Source of the DNA: Antedon mediterranea
Taxonomy: Eukaryota > Animalia > Echinodermata
Direction of reading: 5' to 3'
DNA: 64,000 bases
NCBI RefSeq assembly: GCF_964355755.1
Contig: NC_092676.1
Span: forward strand, 5,495,888-5,559,887
The first letter of the stretch is position 1. Every line of letters starts with the position of its first letter. Shown piece by piece: positions 38,601 to 51,951 of this stretch. The translations under genes and the position numbers were made by a program. The notes below the pieces were generated by a model. That model ran no database searches. It saw only the letters and a program-made list of their open reading frames with translations, and was not told the origin of the DNA.

Positions 38601-41600
38601 AAAGATGGAAGGTTATATTTTCACTCGGCATTGCCAGTGGTTATGTAGAGGGCCTAATCCTAACAGTCTCTGTTTCAAGTTAAACTGAGGATGATTAATA
38701 ACACATTTACGTTTGCTACAAATTGGTGGAAATTTTGATTATTTTTGACAGAATGAGGAGGAGGTAATGTTGCCAGGATATTTAAAGCAATCTAGCCCAA
38801 TAATTTCAGCTGCTATGGATACTGTCTGGGCTGTGCTGACCATCAACCAATGGGACAGCTTAATCAGTAAATCATGTGAGAGGTAAGACGGAAATTTCCA
38901 TACTTGTAAATATACAGTAGAACCATATTAAAGATGTATTGTCACCATGAAAAAATAATTCTAAACATTTTTAATATGGCATTTTAATATCACATGATAG
39001 TTATCCACTTTGATAAAAAATTATTTGCCTGAAAAAACTGTAATTTAAAGCAAAAAATTGTCGAATTGCCTGCCAACCAATTGGTTTTTGGTGGAATTTC
39101 CATTTATTTTGTCATTTTTTAAGTGAAAACACTCTTTTTTTTCATTTTTTTTTCTATGGAAGTGATTAACTTTATTAAAACTACAAAATTACCTATCCTT
39201 CATTTTTCATGTATTTGGAGGACAATACACCTTTAAGGGAATACCTTTGTGACCTGATAAAGTGTCTCCTTAATAGGGCATCTCCTGAATTGGAGGGTGG
39301 CTCCAAATGAGAAGTTTTACTGTATAGCTATAGGATTATACCAAATTGTTGGTTTCTTCTTTCATATTTTTAAAATCTATTTTTTGTTAAAAACTAAATA
39401 TATTTAGGTCTATGGAATTTGGTGAACTATGGGCAATGACCTTAAAGTGTTTGATTGAAAAGTTCAAAGAGTATGAGGCAGGTCAAGAGTTAAAGGTCAT
39501 ACATATATGTAAAACTGACAGGTCAGAAAATTAATTTTTTGAACAATTAAAAAAAAAATGTTTAGCTATGGGATCTTGTTGAAAACTTTTGTTTTGGCCA
39601 CACTAATATAATTTGATATAATATTTAATTTAATTTTAAATAGTCAAACAATACCTTGTACTATATAATTTACTCAATTCTCAGTGCTGTCCACATACAA
39701 TATTTGCCCAGTATCATAGGAACATTTCTTAATACAGCATCTCATGTATATCACATGTGATGCGGTTAGGTTATGGTCTATAGGTGATACATGTGAAAAC
39801 ACATGTATTGGGAATTTTCCTATGATACTGGGGAAATCTTGATACCGTATCGAGAATTGGAATTAATAATAATATATTAATGTATTTTGTAGGTTTGACA
39901 TTTTAACAGAGGAGTCAGTTGGAACTTTAAAGGTGCTAATCCCTTACCTACAGCAGAACGACATATCCATGATTCTTGACATTCACACAGCGAAACTTAT
40001 TACGAGTCCGCAAGAAAACATTACAGAAATACATGGTAAGCATTTTATATGCCACCGAGTATAGTCTTGGACTTGGAAAATTTGGCGAAAATAGGGTGTG
40101 GGATTATACTTGAGCATGGGCTTATACTAAAATAAGCCTGAAGTAGGGAATGGGATTAAACTTGAACATGGGATTATACTAAGTTAAGCCTGAATTAGGA
40201 GGTGGGATTATACTTCAACATGGGGACTATGCTAATTATACCTGAATTAGGAGGTGGGATTATACATGAACATGGGATTATACTATTAAAATGAAGCCCG
40301 AATTAGTGGGTGGGATTATACTAAATTAAGCCTGAATTAGGAGGTGGGATTATACTAAATTAAGCCTGAATTAGGAGGTGGGATTAAACTTAAACATGGG
40401 ATTATACTATTAAAATGAAGCCCGAATTAGTGGGTGGGATTATACTAAATGAAGCCCGAATTAGTGGGTGGGATTATACTAAATTAAGCCTGAATTAGGA
40501 GGTGGGATTAAACTTAAACATGGGATTATACTAAGTTCAGCCTGAATTAAGGGATGGGATTATACTTGAACATGGGATTATACTAAATTTGGTTTGATTT
40601 TGTTTCTAGGCTGTCTGGGAGCTCTCTGTGTAATCCACACGTGCTTATTGAGTTTGACTAAAGTCACAGAAGTTGCTATTCTTGAAGCAATATCCGATTG
40701 GAAAGATTTTGACATTTTTCTGTTTAGCAGGTAAAATTTGTGTATATTTCTAATAGTGCAAATACATTTTATTCACCTACTGTGAACCCTAATTTTCTCC
40801 ATTTCAAATTAAACAAATTATTACATTATTTACATTTTACCGTTGAACTAGTTATTTTAAAATATGTTTAATTTTTAATGTACAACAGGAAAGTTGAAGA
40901 TGTTGGCTGTAAAGTGTTATTTCTAAATGTAGAGGTTATACGATTTCTCAGCGTTACTGTTCAAAAGATCCCAAGATCCTTATCAGCACAGACCTGGGAT
41001 TTCATACTATGCAGCTTGGTAGAATGGATTCAGGTAAATATTTCTTTGCTATGATGAAGTTTAATATGTTGTGTTTTTTTAAATGAAAAAAGAAGTTTAG
41101 TCTGTTGCAATAAAATATATAGTAGAACTCCTCAGCGAAACTTTCTTAAGCTGTTTTTATTGATGACCAAAGAGATCTTTAATCAAATTCAAAAACTGTT
41201 ATTGTCCAATATTCCTAACCACAGAAATAAAATTGGAAATGTGTTGTTTGATACATTACTAAAGCTCTGTCTACATTATCAAACTAGTTTGACAAAAAAA
41301 GAGTGATGGGTACCAAATATGGTAGTGATGTGCTTAAATATGGTAGTGGTATGACATCATCATGTCCATATATAGGCACATCACTTTTTTTTTTCACATA
41401 AAGACGCTTTAAATGAACAAGGGGCAATATTTGTCATTTTATTATGATTCATTATAGACTTACATTCTCATACTTAGTATTATATATTTTGCTTACTATA
41501 ATCTTACTTAATTAACTAAATCGCACTCCTTATCTTTATACATCTTAAAATCAATAAATTTCACTGATAAATCCCATTGTATATACTGTATGTTAATATT

Positions 41601-44600
41601 TTTTAAATTGTTTCCTCTGTCTACGCTATTTTATTTTACAACAAAATGTGATGTGCCCATGGACATGATGATGTCATTTCACTACCATATTTGGTACCCA
41701 TCACACTTTTTTTGTCGAACTAGTTTGATAGTGTAGACAGAGCTTTAGTAATGTATCAAGCAACACATTTCAAATTCTATTTCTGTGTTTGAATATTGGA
41801 CAATAAACTTTTTTGAATTTTATTAATGATCTCTTTGGTCATCAATAGAATCTTACATCATGCATGAGCACACACATTTTTATGCCAAAAGTACTCTTTA
41901 AATTGCACATAGACAGGTTTCTTTTTTGTTTCCATATAAAATCTTTTTTGGTTCGGGAATTATGCACTTGTCAATTGTATGACCCACTATACGACCCCCG
42001 GGAGAGGTGCGTCATGGGTGCGTCATTTACAAATAATTACTGACGCAGGGGTGCATCAAAAAACCTAGATGGTACGTCACATCAATGAACAAGGTGTGTC
42101 AATGTCCGTCACTTTACCACCCACCATATCATAAACAACATGGTCACAGTGCGTCAAAATGGGTGCGTCATGGTCACCTAAAGGTAAGTCTCCTTTTTGA
42201 CACACGGGTGCGTCATGGTATTCAAAAGTATGACGCACATCGGACAAATGATGCACCTCTCCCGGGGGTCGTATAGTGGGTCATACAATTGACAAGTGCA
42301 TTAATTTTAGTTGAAAATTACAAAATATTTGACGTTTTCCCCAGAGTATCACCGATAGTATAACAGATGAAGGCAACAGCATTTATTTCAAAGTCTTTTG
42401 TGCCGAGATCAGTAATCTCATACACGCCATTGTAACGTTACTTGAGGATGAGAATGCATCAAAGGCAGCACTCATTTCACCCGATCTCATCTCAGAGTGG
42501 AAAGAGTTTTTTAGCCCTGGTATATTTACTGCTTTTCTACCCTTGTTTTTTAAATTTACAAGTAAGTATTATTATCGATATAATGTACAGTAGTTATGAA
42601 AACCCATGATTGTACACAAAGCTGGTGAATAGTATACAAATAATGAATGTTCATGAGTGAAATGGTACAAATAATTGCATGAGGTGAATGATGAAAGATT
42701 ATATTTCAACGAAACGAAGCCGAGTTGAAATATAAACTTTCATCATTCACCAAATGCCATTATTTGTACCATTACATGAATATAAACATTCATTAATTGT
42801 TTTATATAACATCTAAATACATTCTAGGTCGAATCATTGCGGCGAAAGTACAAAATACTGTAGGTGGCGCTGTTGTACCTACTTTTAAAGTAATGGTATT
42901 AACAAAATATTTTCCAAACGCGAAAAGATTTTTTTTTGTACACAAAAAAAGTGTTGTTGAATGACCATTCAATATTGTGTCCTATTGCACGCAATGTGAC
43001 CCACAATTTTCCATCAAATGACAGGAATTTATTTAAGTGTTATATAAAAGTAAATAATTAACTTTATTGAAGCTGCAAAAAAACTGTATTAAAGTATTTT
43101 TTTTGGGAGGGGGAGGCGGGGAGGGAGACAATACATCTTGAAACAACATCTCTTCATCTTTTTTTTTTTTTTTCAGATTCTCTGGACCAGAATTTAATCA
43201 GTGTATCTGACCACCTACTCCTTCAGTCAGTGTGTAGAGCAGCCTGCTGTGCTCCTTGTGAACTCTTACAACAAGTAGAGTTAAAGCCTAGGCTGGTTCC
43301 ATCTTGTACCATCCCAGATGTCCTACAGACAGTGATGAATCACCTTATGGGAATGCTACAATCAAAAGTTAGGCCGATACAGCTAGCTGCCTACAAGATT
43401 TTAGCCAAGTATGTTTTTTTTTACATTTTTTAGAATGTTCTCACTATTTTGCAGACATAGAAAATTCAATTTTGTGACTATTTTCTTAATGTGTGGAATA
43501 GCATAGAATACTTGATTCAGTCAGTTGTCCTGACAATTTCATAATGACCTAAAGACAATAAAAGCCCTCTTTTAGGAGACCCCTCTTAAAGGGACCCCTC
43601 CATGAAACAAACGTAGTTAGTATAGTATGCCATTTACGTATATGTTATGTTAGACATTGTATTTTGCAGACATAGGAAATTCAATTTTGTATTTTCTTAA
43701 TGTGTGGAATAGCATAGAATACTTAAACCCCATTTGTCCTGACAATTTCATGATGACCTAAATACAATAGAATCCCTCTTTTAGGAGACCTCTCTTAAGG
43801 GGACACTTCCATGAATATTTTTGATTGTGTATAAACAAATGAAATAATATCTTTTTTTTTCTTTTTGTATTCTAATATTACAGAAGAATACTTTTCAAAT
43901 AGTGAAAATATGTTTTAACACTATGGTAACTCCTATTCAAACATAAGGAGACGATTTATTGGGTCCCTAAGGTGGCAGGGAGCAGCTAGAGATCTTTCAC
44001 TATGACAGAAACATGCTAAGGTTTTCGTCCAGCAGTGGACTGACAATGGCTGATGATGATATGTTAACATATTGTATTGTTTTCATTATAGGCTGATGTC
44101 CCTTCTTCCAGAATATGACAAAGGTCGCAGTGATGTTGCTAATACTGATGAAACTGGAGAGACTAATTTGTAAGCTCATTTCTAGGTTAATTAAGAATTA
44201 TTCAATTTTTACATTTGAGCTTTTCAGAAAATCCCTTTTCTTTTAATGCTAAATAAATATTGAAAAACTCTTTTAGACCTCTTCCTGAAATGTTAAAGGA
44301 GGCAATCATCTCGTCAACCTTCTACTTGGAGTCTGTGCTAGAGGATGTGCCTGTTGGTGAGTGCATCACAGTGGAGTCTGGAACTGAAGTCTATCAAACC
44401 ACTATGACTTACCTTCTGGCATGGAGGCTAGCATTAATATTTTTCAAGGCAGCTCCAGTTGAGGTATTACAGTACAGTATTTTCAAATAAATTTCAGATA
44501 ACTGATTTCTACAGTATTTTTTTAAAAAAGTTTTTTCATGTTATTCTCCCTATTCAAAGCAGGCAAGTCAATTAAAATGTTTTTAATTTTTTCAGTTGAG

Positions 44601-47600
44601 GGCTCAATATGCAAATTTCTTCAGGCAGAGTGGTCTTGTTGATAGTCTGCTGATTAACCTGTTCAGACTAATGCCAATTGTGCCACTCCTCTCTGATAAA
44701 GACGCTAAAAGTCCCTTTAAAGGAGTGCAACCCAGCATGTTCACACAGGAACCAGCATTGGAAATTAAAGGTATTTATTTTATAATCGTAAATTATAAGT
44801 ACCATTTTTTTAGCAAGATAAAGTGACTTGCCAGATCTGAAACTGGTACCTTATTTCACTAGGCAAGTCTTTCAGTGTAGCTAGGAAATTAATGCCATAT
44901 GATATATTTTTAATGTGATGGATATGTGTCACTGTATCAAGGAACTTTCCTAAAGATATTGATAAATTAAAGATACACTACAAAGAATCTGGTGCTTTTA
45001 CTAACATTTTGTTCAAGCATGATTGTGGTAACCAAAAAGCACCATGGTGATGTTATTATTGTTCTCTACCAATTATCATTTTGTTTACAGGTTGTGGTAG
45101 CAGTCCAATAGAATTACAGCACCATGGTGATGTTTGCACCATCTTTCTCAACTAATTCCTTTGTTTGTATTACAGGTTGTGGTAGCAGTCCAATAGAACC
45201 ACAACACCTGGCGTGTAGTGTATACAACAACACACTAGAGGATCTGCCTGCAATGGTTAGACAATGGTGGAATAGTCAAAATAAAAGGATAAAAGAACAT
45301 ATAGACAGGTATGGGATGGGAAAAAAAAATATTTAAAGCCAGTTTATGACAATACATCACATTATTGTAACAGTAATAATCCCCATTTAAAATTCTCCTA
45401 TTCAGAGAACACCCCTTTTTAAGAATCCTTTAATTTAAAACGGACAAGGGTCAATTTATATTTTAACACTACAGCCAACCCCTATTAAAGATGTATTATC
45501 CCCCTGAAAAATATTTTTTTTTTTCATTTTTTGTTGTTGAATATTTCAATTTAATGTCACAAAAATTGGATCTAAACAAAATTTATTTATCTCAAAAAAA
45601 ATATAATTTAAAGTAAAAAATTGTCAAATTGGCTGCCAGCCAATGAATTTTTGGTTTGATTTAACCATTTATTATGTTATTATTTTTTTTCTATGGAAGT
45701 GATTAACTTTATTAAAACTACAAAATGACCTATTCAAAGTCTGATTTAATTAATCTTCATTTTTCATGTTTTTGGGGGACAATACATTTACATACACTTT
45801 AAGGAGTTTGTTTGATCCTGAAAGTCTTCCCTTAATAGAAGTTCTACTCTACTTGGAGATGTTTAAAAAGAATACTGATTAATTCTTCAGGTTAAAATTT
45901 TTGATGGTGTTGATTTCTATAACACTTTTCAGATTCACTACCAAGTTTACAAGCCCCATTCTCTGTGCAAAAGAAATACAAGGTGTTCAAAAGTCCACCA
46001 CAAAGATGGACAACATGACCATAAAGGCACGGTCAAAGACACGAGAGGTCATCGCAACTTACCGAATGGATGACATGTCAATGGATTTGGTCATCAAACT
46101 GGCCGTCAACCACCCCCTAGGGGTGATCGTCGTAGACAGTGGCAAACGGGTGGGCGTGTCGGCCGCACAGTGGCGGAACTGGATGCTACAAATGACTACC
46201 TTCCTTGTTCATCAGGTAATGGTATAATATTAACAGAAGATATACTGTAACTAGTTTTATAGTATAAAGTACTTATTCGAATAAGACAAGTACTTGTTCA
46301 ACATGAGTACTTGTTCAACCTGAGTACTTATTTGACACAAGTACTTATTCAATCCAAGTACTTAATCAACCCAAGTTTAAAAATTATAATGTAACTAGTT
46401 TTAGTGTAAAGTACTAAATAAGACACTTATTTAAGTACTTGTTCAACGAAAATACATTCAACCCAAGTACTTTTTCAACCCAAGTGCTAATATGTAACCT
46501 ACTGTAAGTACATAGTTGCCCTTAGAAAGTACTTATTCAACTTAAATACTTATTCAACCCAAGTATTTATTTGACCCAAGTACTTATTTGACTTAAGTGC
46601 TTATTTAAATTTCATACTTATTCGACTAACTTAAGAAAGTAGTTATTCAACTTTAGTACTGTACTTATTCAATCCAAGTACTTATTCAACCCAAGTACTT
46701 ATTCAACCCAAGTACCTATTTGGTCTTGAGTAGTGTTCTGACTTATTTGTTTTAAGTACTTATTTGACAGAGGTGCTTATACAGCACCGACTTATCCATT
46801 TACAGTACTGTACTGTATGTCTAATTATTCCTTTGTCAATTAAAAATAATTAATTCTATAAATGTGATAAGGAAATTACATTGTGTATAATTTTAGTCTT
46901 TAGTAATAAGAATCTGGGTCATTTCAAAATATTATATTAATATCATAATTATAAAGAAAAGTACAAACAGTGATTTCATAATCGTCTATTTCAGAAAGCA
47001 ATAAAGCGCACAAATTGGATTCTAAATTTATGTAATAAGTTTTTATATTATTATGCCTAATGGGATTTTTCATTTGATAAGAAAATTTAATTATTGATTT
47101 CTATAAATCTGTCTTTGTAATAAGTAATTAATTAGATGTACATTGAATATTTGCAGAATGGAACGATAGTTGACGGTTTGAAGGTATGGAAAAGTAACAT
47201 TGATAAACGGTTTGAGGGGACGGATGATTGTATGATATGTTACTCGGTAATACACGGATCTAATTACTCGCTGCCTCAACTTACGTGCAAAACCTGTAAA
47301 AAGAAATTCCATTCTGCTTGTCTGGTAGGATATTTTTATATTTCTTGTACGACAACAGAATAAAATATGATAATAAGATGATGAAAAAATTATGACATCA
47401 GCATTATGATATCAGCATAAAATTATGACATCAGAATTATGAAATCAGCATTATAGCATCAGTAATGACATCAGCATTATGACATCAGTATAAAATTATG
47501 ACATCAGCATAAACTGTGACATCAGCATAAAAAAAATGTGATAGAAAATTTTAACAGCAAAAATGAGGATATCAGCATAAAATGTGACATCAGCATAAAC

Positions 47601-48115
47601 TGTGACATCAGCATAAAACTTGACATCTCCATAAAACTTGACATCTGCATAAAATGATGTCAGCATAAAATGTGACATCAGAAAAAAAGGGTAAAACGTG
47701 ACATCAGTATAAAACATAACATCAGAATAAAATTATGACATCAGCATAAAATGATGTCAGCATAAAATGTGACTTCAGAATAAAATTATGACAGCGTATA
47801 ACATGACATCAGCATCAAATTATGACATCAGCATCAAAGTACTGTAAATCATCACAGATATTATGACAGCATAAATATTTTATGCTCTATCAGATTAAAA
47901 TACATATTACATCTAAAATGACAACACACTAAAAAAATGACACCAGAAATTATGGAATGACATCATTATGAAATATGTCATCTGCAAGAAATATAATTAC
48001 AAAATAAATATTGGCATTATATGTAGTAACACACTTTTCATTTTAATTTTCTCAGTACAAGTGGTTTAATACAAGCAACCAATCATCTTGCCCTCTATGC
48101 AGAAACCTGTTCTGA
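20645..48115 (+). CDS. LTN1: E3 ubiquitin-protein ligase listerin, 30 coding exons, about 1930 aa
   Basis: N-terminus [23 protein letters not shown]; [13 protein letters not shown]; HWPRLY; C-terminal RWD-like region and [55 protein letters not shown]. Exons: 20645-20680, 21604-21804, 22139-22237, 22809-23039, 23576-23628, 24164-24344, 24640-24813, 31660-31850, 32246-32393, 33489-34313, 34895-35072, 35325-35551, 36181-36262, 36711-36864, 37373-37535, 37761-38423, 38752-38882, 39408-39521, 39893-40035, 40610-40730, 40889-41033, 42345-42561, 43177-43408, 44092-44169, 44277-44463, 44596-44770, 45176-45308, 45933-46215, 47157-47324, 48056-48115 (total 5793 nt, all GT-AG). Confidence 0.96.
24965..25203. 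mobile_element. Penelope-like remnant: inverted repeat plus tail of about 30 nt, with 13-bp target-site duplication
   Basis: Inverted arms of about 100 bp (24963-25172), direct repeat aagtctttattaa at 24952-24964 and 25204-25216, and a CTGAGGA...GAAAC motif in the arms. Confidence 0.75.
25246..29540 (-). mobile_element. Head-to-tail trimer of a 1.4-kb Helentron-associated (HINE/DINE-1-like) element
   Basis: Units start on + at 25246, 26641 and 28055. On - the 5' end has a subterminal repeat taggttatatgcat with adjacent inverted copy, then (TTTA)n; the 3' end has atgcatataaccta, the hairpin taattcgtca-tag-tgacgaatta and CTAG followed by T. Confidence 0.85.
30164..31640 (-). mobile_element. 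Complete solo copy of the same HINE-like element
   Basis: Both termini present and colinear with the trimer units. Confidence 0.87.
31953..32178. mobile_element. TTAA-flanked MITE (Kolobok-like); related copies near 38931-39232 and 45489-45790, fragments near 15415, 36300 and 43126
   Basis: Ends ttaa|agatgtattgtcc ... ggacaatatatct|ttaa. Confidence 0.75.
36884..37180. repeat. Degenerate tandem repeat, about 4 copies
   Basis: Recurring cttactacctccaaataaagacca motif at roughly 75-110 bp spacing. Confidence 0.75.
38059..38322 (+). repeat. Coding 99-bp (33-aa) tandem repeat inside LTN1 exon 16
   Basis: ESS(G/D)NVQPK(K/N)DVSERED(P/A)[14 protein letters not shown], about 2.6 copies. Confidence 0.9.
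40090..40590. repeat. Minisatellite (tgggattatactaaattaagcctgaattaggagg and variants)
   Basis: Many related tandem units fill most of LTN1 intron 19. Confidence 0.9.
41962..42301. mobile_element. MITE with near-perfect TIRs of about 50 bp
   Basis: atgcacttgtcaattgtatgacccactatacgacccccgggagaggtgc and its reverse complement at the other end. Confidence 0.9.
42635..43028. mobile_element. Palindromic interspersed repeat (Crypton-like class is tentative); related copies near 38550-38630 and 48197-48512
   Basis: Imperfect hairpin 42642-42794 centred on cgaagccg; tail caaatgacaggaatttattta.gtgttatata shared with the 48.2-48.5 kb copy. Confidence 0.6.
43447..43813. repeat. Direct duplication of about 165 bp (period about 214 bp)
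   Basis: tattttgcagacatag...ctctttttaggagacc...ccatgaa occurs twice. Confidence 0.85.
46268..46780. repeat. 17-bp degenerate minisatellite (aagtacttattcaaccc)n
   Basis: Tandem degenerate copies in LTN1 intron 28. Confidence 0.85.
47388..47875. repeat. Minisatellite of about 18 bp (tgacatcagcataaaat..)n
   Basis: Tandem copies in LTN1 intron 29. Confidence 0.9.
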
Positions 48116-49779
48116 TTCAAGAATACTGTGTTAATTTTAAAGGTCTGTAAATAGTGAATGCAAATATAATTTAGATTGATATAATAGTGTTCACATAATG
48201 AATGTTTATGCGTGTAATGATACAAATAATGGCATGAGGTGAATGATGAAAATGTCTAAATTAGTACATATATCTTTCCAAAAATGTACCTCCGTCGCGA
48301 TACACTCGTATCATTTTGGTGAAAGTACAAAATAGGGCGGCGCTGTTGGATTTATAAATGGTCTAAACAAAATATTTTTCAAACGTGAAAAGATTTTTTT
48401 TTCATACATGAAAAAAAGGTACTATTGAATGACCATTCAATAGTCCGTACTATTGTATGCCGTATGACCTACAATCATCCAATCAAATGACAGGAATTTA
48501 TTTAGGTGTTATATATATATATATGACTTACTAATAAAAATGTACTTATTGTAAGTATATACTGTATTAGTACATGACACTGATTTTGAGAACGAGGGAT
48601 GAACGTGTTAAGAAAGTCATGCGGTCAAAGGCTTATTGATTGACCTGCCATATTTATACTTGGAGTGGGGTGGGGGAGGGGGGAATTTCATGATGAAATG
48701 AGAAATATTTACCGATCTGGACTAAATTTTACAAATGCCACTCAAAATTATGGTATATCATTATGATTTTTAAGTTACATTACAATTACAATAATTTTTT
48801 TATTATGATTTTTTTAATTAGCATATCATTAGCATATGTCAGGAAATTAGGTCAATAATTTGTATATGTAATACTTTATAGATTCATTCCCATTGTTGGT
48901 GTAATCTGGACATGAGCCATATTCTTAACAGCTTTGTCTACACAAACTAGTTTGACAAAAAAAGTGTGATGTGCCCAAATATGGTAGTGATATGCTTAAT
49001 ATGGTAGTGATATGACGTCATCATAATATCTATATATGGGCACATGAAGTTTGATGGTGTAGACAGAGCTTTTTAGTTTGAACTTGTTCATGCTTGACTA
49101 AAATGTGGAATAAGAATATAGGTGTAGGTAGAGACTCTTTCTGTATTAAAAGAAAATATGTATTTAAAATATAACATGGAGGTATTCTAATAATAATAAT
49201 AATAATTTAAAATGAATACTTTTTTTCTCTCTTTTGTGGTATAAACACCACTTTTATTCACATTATATTACTAATTCTGAAACTTTGATAATAGGAAATA
49301 TTTTGAAATAAATTTATCTAAAATAAACTTAAAATTGTATATACTTATACAGTAACATTTTATTTTTTGAATTTGTTTTATAAGTTAATTGATTTTGCCC
49401 TTTGGCTTAATTTTGTTAAATTAACTATTAATAATAAAAAAAAGACTGAAAAATTGCTGAATTATATTTCTTATTATAAACTACAAGTACAATTTGTGAA
49501 AGGTTTAAATGAAAAATGAAAATTTTACCTTAAATAAACTTTATAAAACCATTTTTTTAAATTATTATTATTTTTATAGAATATCAATATTTAGTTGACC
49601 TTTCACCTTTGAACTATGGCATTCACAAGTTAACAAATGTATAATAATACATAAACAGTAACAACATAAAAGTAAATATTCAAATCTTACGAATGTCTCA
49701 TACAAAAAAAAAAACAGCATAAAAGTAAAGTAATTTATGCGTGATAGCTATTTGAATAATAAATGTTTAATATGTACCT

Positions 49780-50131
49780 GCGACATTTATTTATTTAACA
49801 ACATATGTATACAGGATTATACACAATCAAGTAGAAATATATCTGTTTTGCCGCATTGTGGTCCTGTCGACAAAAACGGATACAAATTTAAAAACAATAC
49901 AAATACAGTTAATAAAAATAGCAAAAAAAAGTAATAACCGGAAGTTAAATGTTATGAGAAGAAATGAGATTTGTATCTAGCTTTAAAGGACATAATCGTG
50001 GGTGAATGTTTTATATCTGCTGGCAAGTCATTCCATAGTTTTCCGCCTGCAACTTTAAAAGACGAATCCATTTTGCTACGGGTATAACAATTTAAGTTGT
50101 CTACTCCACGCGTTGAATGGGTGTGTACATT
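49780..50131 (-). mobile_element. 5'-truncated LINE (CR1/L2-group) ORF2 C-terminus and 3' UTR
   Basis: Minus-strand 50131-49952 translates to NVHTHSTRGVDNLNCYTRSKMDSSFKVAGGKLWNDLPADIKHSPTIMSFKARYKSHFFS*, matching the HxHxTR...SF...WNxLP...FK end of CR1/L2-group reverse transcriptase ORFs; (AAAT)-type tail near 49785. Confidence 0.8.
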
Positions 50132-51951
50132 CCCAATTAGTTCATTTTATAAAATTAGCATTTATATAGCATACAAGAATTGTCAATGTATAATACAGTA
50201 TACTTATATTGGCTTTAATAAGAGTAGACATGTAGACTGCCCCCAAGTCTGTAGTTATTTTGAGGCTTTTCGATGTCTGTGGAGTTTTACAAGCTCAAGT
50301 AGTTTACGTATGAAACGCCATATGTGCAAAAATATTTATCTCCGTTTAGCCTACATGGCAAGAGAAACGAAAATTGTTATCGTAAAAGTAAAAATCATAG
50401 AAAACAACCCAACAAAACACTCAATAATTACGTTCTCAATCAAAAATCAAAAGAAGTTCTTAATCATCATGCAGTACTAAGTTGTTTATATATAACTGAA
50501 ATGTTGATGGAATTTAAAATAAAAATTATGTATTGGCTGACGCAAACGTTTCATAAACTTCAACGCGTTAAACTCAATTGAATTCCGTTTAACTTGGGCA
50601 ACTTGTTCAACACATTCAGCGCGTTCGTTTATTATTCGTTGACAGCCGTTCAACGCAAAGCAAACACAACGCAACAACAATAACGTGTCATGTAGTGTAC
50701 TAAGTTGTTTATTATTAATATTGAAATATCACATTACAATGTAAAAAGAAGAAATCTCATATTTAAATATGTTTATATATTACTGTATATATTTTATAAA
50801 ACAGTCCCATATTGGCAGTCCATGTCTTCTTTATTATGTTTAAGCAAAACAAATATTTTTTTAACGATTTTAATCAACACAAGGAAGATGAAAGGTAGTA
50901 GAGTATACGTTTCGGTACCATTGTATTTAAATACGGTATTGCACAATTTTTCAGCAAAAGGAGTTGAATGTAAGCTTTATGACGCGTTTACGTTATCAGC
51001 GCAAGAATATGACGAATTTTACGTTTGGTACCATTCGGATATTGAACAGCTTTTTCGTGATTTAAATACAAGCATTATACAGAAGCATGTTTACAAATGT
51101 AATCATCAGCCTTAGGATTCATGACGCTATTGCGTTCCCAACGCAAGAAGATGACTCATTGTGTATACTATAACGTACAGAAATATTATTTAACATTTTA
51201 AATACAGTAGGCCTACCTCTCTTTATAATTTATTTAAAGTTCTAGACGAAATTTTATAAAATGCTTTTAAAGTTGAAATTCCTAGAACTTTATAGAGTAG
51301 AGGAATTTTATATTATATAATATTAGATTGCGTTTATACTGTAATACAATACGACTGCAGTTAGTCAAACCAGTTAGACGTGTTTACGCCGAGTGCAGGT
51401 GCTAAGCTTGGCTCAGTGCAAAAGCGCGTAGGAAAGTTTAAGTGAATAGACCTAATACTCATTAGTGCGGTTTCAAGTTGTATATTTCTATGTGCACATT
51501 CCGATGCGTGTAATTGATCTAGTGTGGACAGGTTCTTAGCGTGGCAAAACCTATAATAGAAATCGCTCATTCCTCTATCGGAGTTTAATTGCGGTTTAGC
51601 TTGCGTTCAGACGCAAAAAAAATAAAACGGTTAGACATCCGGTAATACACCCGATGGTAATCGCTTGTCTTGCATTCTGAAATAATATCGGGAGTTAAAC
51701 CGGATGTACTAAAATATAGCAGACTTGTATCGGAGTTAAATCGGAGTAAATGACACGACGGAGGTATAAGATAGTTAATCAGCGTGTATAGAACGCTAGT
51801 TCGTGGGAACACCGCTTAATATCAAGTCAAAAATATGATATAATACTAGGTCTGTCGATTTCGTTTTTGACAACCAGTTTGTGAGCAATGTATTAAGTAC
51901 AATCGGTGAATATAAGTCGTTCCTGAGTTAAATAATCCATCCCATAATGAT

